IMG/VR virus record: IMGVR_UViG_3300005287_000001
From: a virus
Length of the DNA: 28,969 nucleotides
Strand: one strand, 5' to 3'
Positions within the stretch are counted from its first letter, which is position 1, and every line of letters starts with the position of its first letter. Positions 27,315 through 28,969 of the stretch are shown here, in pieces. Under the pieces are notes generated by a model. The model was not told where the DNA came from and did not search any database. It saw nothing but the letters and a program-made list of their open reading frames with translations. The translations under genes were made by a program, and so were the position numbers.

Positions 27315-27500
27315 CCGTCAGAAGTAATTTTTGATAGATTTGGAAGAGTGTGCAAAAATTGGGTAAAATTTGCACTTGGATTCTGGCAGGAAATGATTAT
27401 ATTTGTTTTAGAAAGTTAAGGAAATGGTGTTCAGATATTTTAATTCCAAAAACTAAATTCTATTCATAATTTTAAAATTTTATACAAGTTAGTTATTAAA

Positions 27501-27530
27501 AAGGGAGTTTAGACAGCTCCCTTCTTTAAA
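27501..27530 (+). terminator. Hairpin AAGGGAG/CTCCCTT followed by CTTTAAAA
   Basis: A 7-bp stem (27501-27507 with 27517-27523) and a 9-nt loop. It precedes repeat box 1 by 14 nt. Confidence 0.35.
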
Positions 27531-27537
27531 ACACCTA

Positions 27538-27570
27538 GTGTAACCATTTTACGAACCTTCCTCCTATAAG
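27538..27570 (+). repeat. 33-nt conserved box, copy 1 (gtgtaaccattttacgaaccttcctcctataag)
   Basis: 29/33 identical to 27736..27768. ACCATTTTAC is complementary to GTAAAATGGT at 27577-27586. Confidence 0.75.
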
Positions 27571-27693
27571 AAAGAGTAAAATGGTACCACCACTAAAAAT
27601 GGATATAAAATTTAAAATTGATGGTCAGAGAGAATTTTTAGAAGAATAAACTCACATTTTCCTACTATTATATTTTTCAGTACAACTGATTTC

Positions 27694-27728
27694 AAAGAAA
27701 GTTCCTTTATGGGGCTTTCTTTTTAAAA
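27694..27728 (+). terminator. Hairpin AAAGAAAG/CTTTCTTT followed by TTAAAAG
   Basis: An 8-bp stem (27694-27701 with 27715-27722) and a 13-nt loop. It precedes repeat box 2 by 13 nt. Confidence 0.35.
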
Positions 27729-27735
27729 GAAGTGG

Positions 27736-27768
27736 GTGTAACCATTTTACGTACCTTCCCCTTATAGG
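27736..27768 (+). repeat. 33-nt conserved box, copy 2 (gtgtaaccattttacgtaccttccccttatagg)
   Basis: 29/33 identical to copy 1. It lies about 87 nt upstream of the helicase ATG. Confidence 0.75.
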
Positions 27769-27854
27769 TAAGGGATTTCAGTTACAACACCAGTTTTGAA
27801 GATTAGATATAAATAAAGTTCAAATTTTTAACTAACCCATAAAAAATAAACAAT

Positions 27855-28969
27855 ATGAAAGAATTTATTATTGAAGGTGGAAATCACCGTTATTTAAGTG
27901 AATTAAAAGAATTTCAAGATGGTCTACCAGTTGGTGTAATAAATAAGACTAAACCAGATGTTGGCGGTACTTACACAGCAGCCAATTGTGATAGTAATTA
28001 CATTATTGTATGTCCCTTTAGGGATCTAGTTGATAGTATATGTGCTGATACAAATAATAAATATCCAGTGCTGAAGGTTTATCAAGGAGTAAAAGAATCT
28101 GACTTTACTAAGTATATGCAAAGTACTACGGTACATAAAATTGCTGTTACTTATGATAGTTTTAGTAGTAAAGTAATAAAGTGGATTAGTAAGTATGACA
28201 ATACCAATAACTGGAAAGTTCTAATTGATGAGTACCACTTAATTTTGGAGGATATGGATTATAGAGAGGATGCCATAGTAAATCTAATAGAGAGTGTACA
28301 CAGTTTCAAACATTACTCTTATTTGTCAGCAACTCCAATTAATGTGGATCTGGAAATAGATGAGTTTAAGAAATTGCCACATTATACAGTAACTTGGAAT
28401 AATGTAAGGAATATTTCGGTACAGAGAATTAATTGTTCTCAACTTACTAGAAGCGTCTTAGCCGTTCTTAATTCATTCATAGATGGAACACTAAGTATTG
28501 GTGGTATTAAGGTTGAAGAATTATTTGTATTTTGTAACTCGGTAACCTTTATTAAAAGACTGCTGGAGACTTTGGAAGTAGAACCAGAGGATGTAAAAAT
28601 CTGCTGTGCTTACAATAAAAGGAATGTACAAGTTCTTAACCGTTATCAAATAGAACCAATAACCAATCCTAATAAAAGATTGAACTTCTTTACTAAGAAA
28701 GGATTTCAAGGATGTAACCTATTTAGTAATAATGGACTAGTAATGGTTATTAGTGATGGCAACAAAGAAAGTACTTTAGTAGATATATGTACAACTATGG
28801 AACAGATTGCTGGTCGTTTGAGAGAGAATGAGAAATACCACAATATTTTTGGTAATGTAATGTTTCACTTCTATAGTAATGTCAAATACAATCTTACTGA
28901 TGAACAGTTCAATAAGATTATGGAGGACAAAATGGATAGAGCAGAAATCTTAATTAGTGGTTATAATAA
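27855..28969 (+). CDS. SF2 DExH helicase-like protein, N-terminal part; continues at position 111 of the window through the circular junction
   Basis: ATG at 27855. I read every codon to 28969 and found no stop. Motifs are KPDVGGTYTAAN (degenerate P-loop), VLIDEYH (motif II, DExH) and YLSATP (motif III). It is missing from the supplied track because it has no stop inside the linear window. Confidence 0.75.
   Translation, partial: MKEFIIEGGNHRYLSELKEFQDGLPVGVINKTKPDVGGTYTAANCDSNYIIVCPFRDLVDSICADTNNKYPVLKVYQGVKESDFTKYMQSTTVHKIAVTYDSFSSKVIKWISKYDNTNNWKVLIDEYHLILEDMDYREDAIVNLIESVHSFKHYSYLSATPINVDLEIDEFKKLPHYTVTWNNVRNISVQRINCSQLTRSVLAVLNSFIDGTLSIGGIKVEELFVFCNSVTFIKRLLETLEVEPEDVKICCAYNKRNVQVLNRYQIEPITNPNKRLNFFTKKGFQGCNLFSNNGLVMVISDGNKESTLVDICTTMEQIAGRLRENEKYHNIFGNVMFHFYSNVKYNLTDEQFNKIMEDKMDRAEILISGYN

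Noticed and set aside
28521-28709. A 62-aa minus-strand ORF
   Set aside because: It is antisense to the uninterrupted helicase ORF.
1-28969. TGA-to-Trp (code 4) or TAA reassignment as an alternative explanation
   Set aside because: TGA and TAA never occur inside the joined genes. They sit exactly at gene ends, often in ATGA or TAATG overlaps with the next start codon.

Overview
The window is a complete, circularly permuted phage genome of about 28.86 kb. Bases 1-110 are identical to 28860-28969. It is AT-rich and siphovirus-like, with an HK97-type head module. About 21 kb on the minus strand (25978 down to 4650) forms one late operon: TerS, TerL, portal, prohead protease, major capsid, connector-fibre, BspA-like LRR protein, neck proteins, major tail protein, G/GT chaperone, tape measure, distal tail/hub, a giant tail fibre, endolysin and holin. 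The plus strand carries a small RHH gene, a tRNA, small ORFs, an HNH endonuclease, a structured non-coding region, a DExH helicase-like gene that crosses the junction, a PD-(D/E)xK nuclease-like gene, a secreted protein, a small membrane protein and a large serine recombinase.

The central observation is that the supplied standard-code ORF track is wrong for most genes. I traced every break in the terminase, portal, tape measure, fibres, lysin and other genes by hand. Each break is an in-frame TAG, and the reading frame is kept across it. About 67 in-frame TAG codons occur in 17 genes. True gene ends use TAA or TGA, often in ATGA or TAATG start/stop overlaps. A cloverleaf tRNA with anticodon CUA lies at 26285-26359. 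The genome therefore appears to reassign amber to a sense codon, most likely Gln (code-15-like).

TAG use is sharply partitioned. There are none in the integrase, helicase, secreted-protein, capsid, protease or major-tail genes. There are many in the lysis, packaging, tape-measure and fibre genes. Coordinates below are my re-annotation with TAG read as sense. All product calls rest on motif recognition by eye and need HMM or BLAST confirmation.
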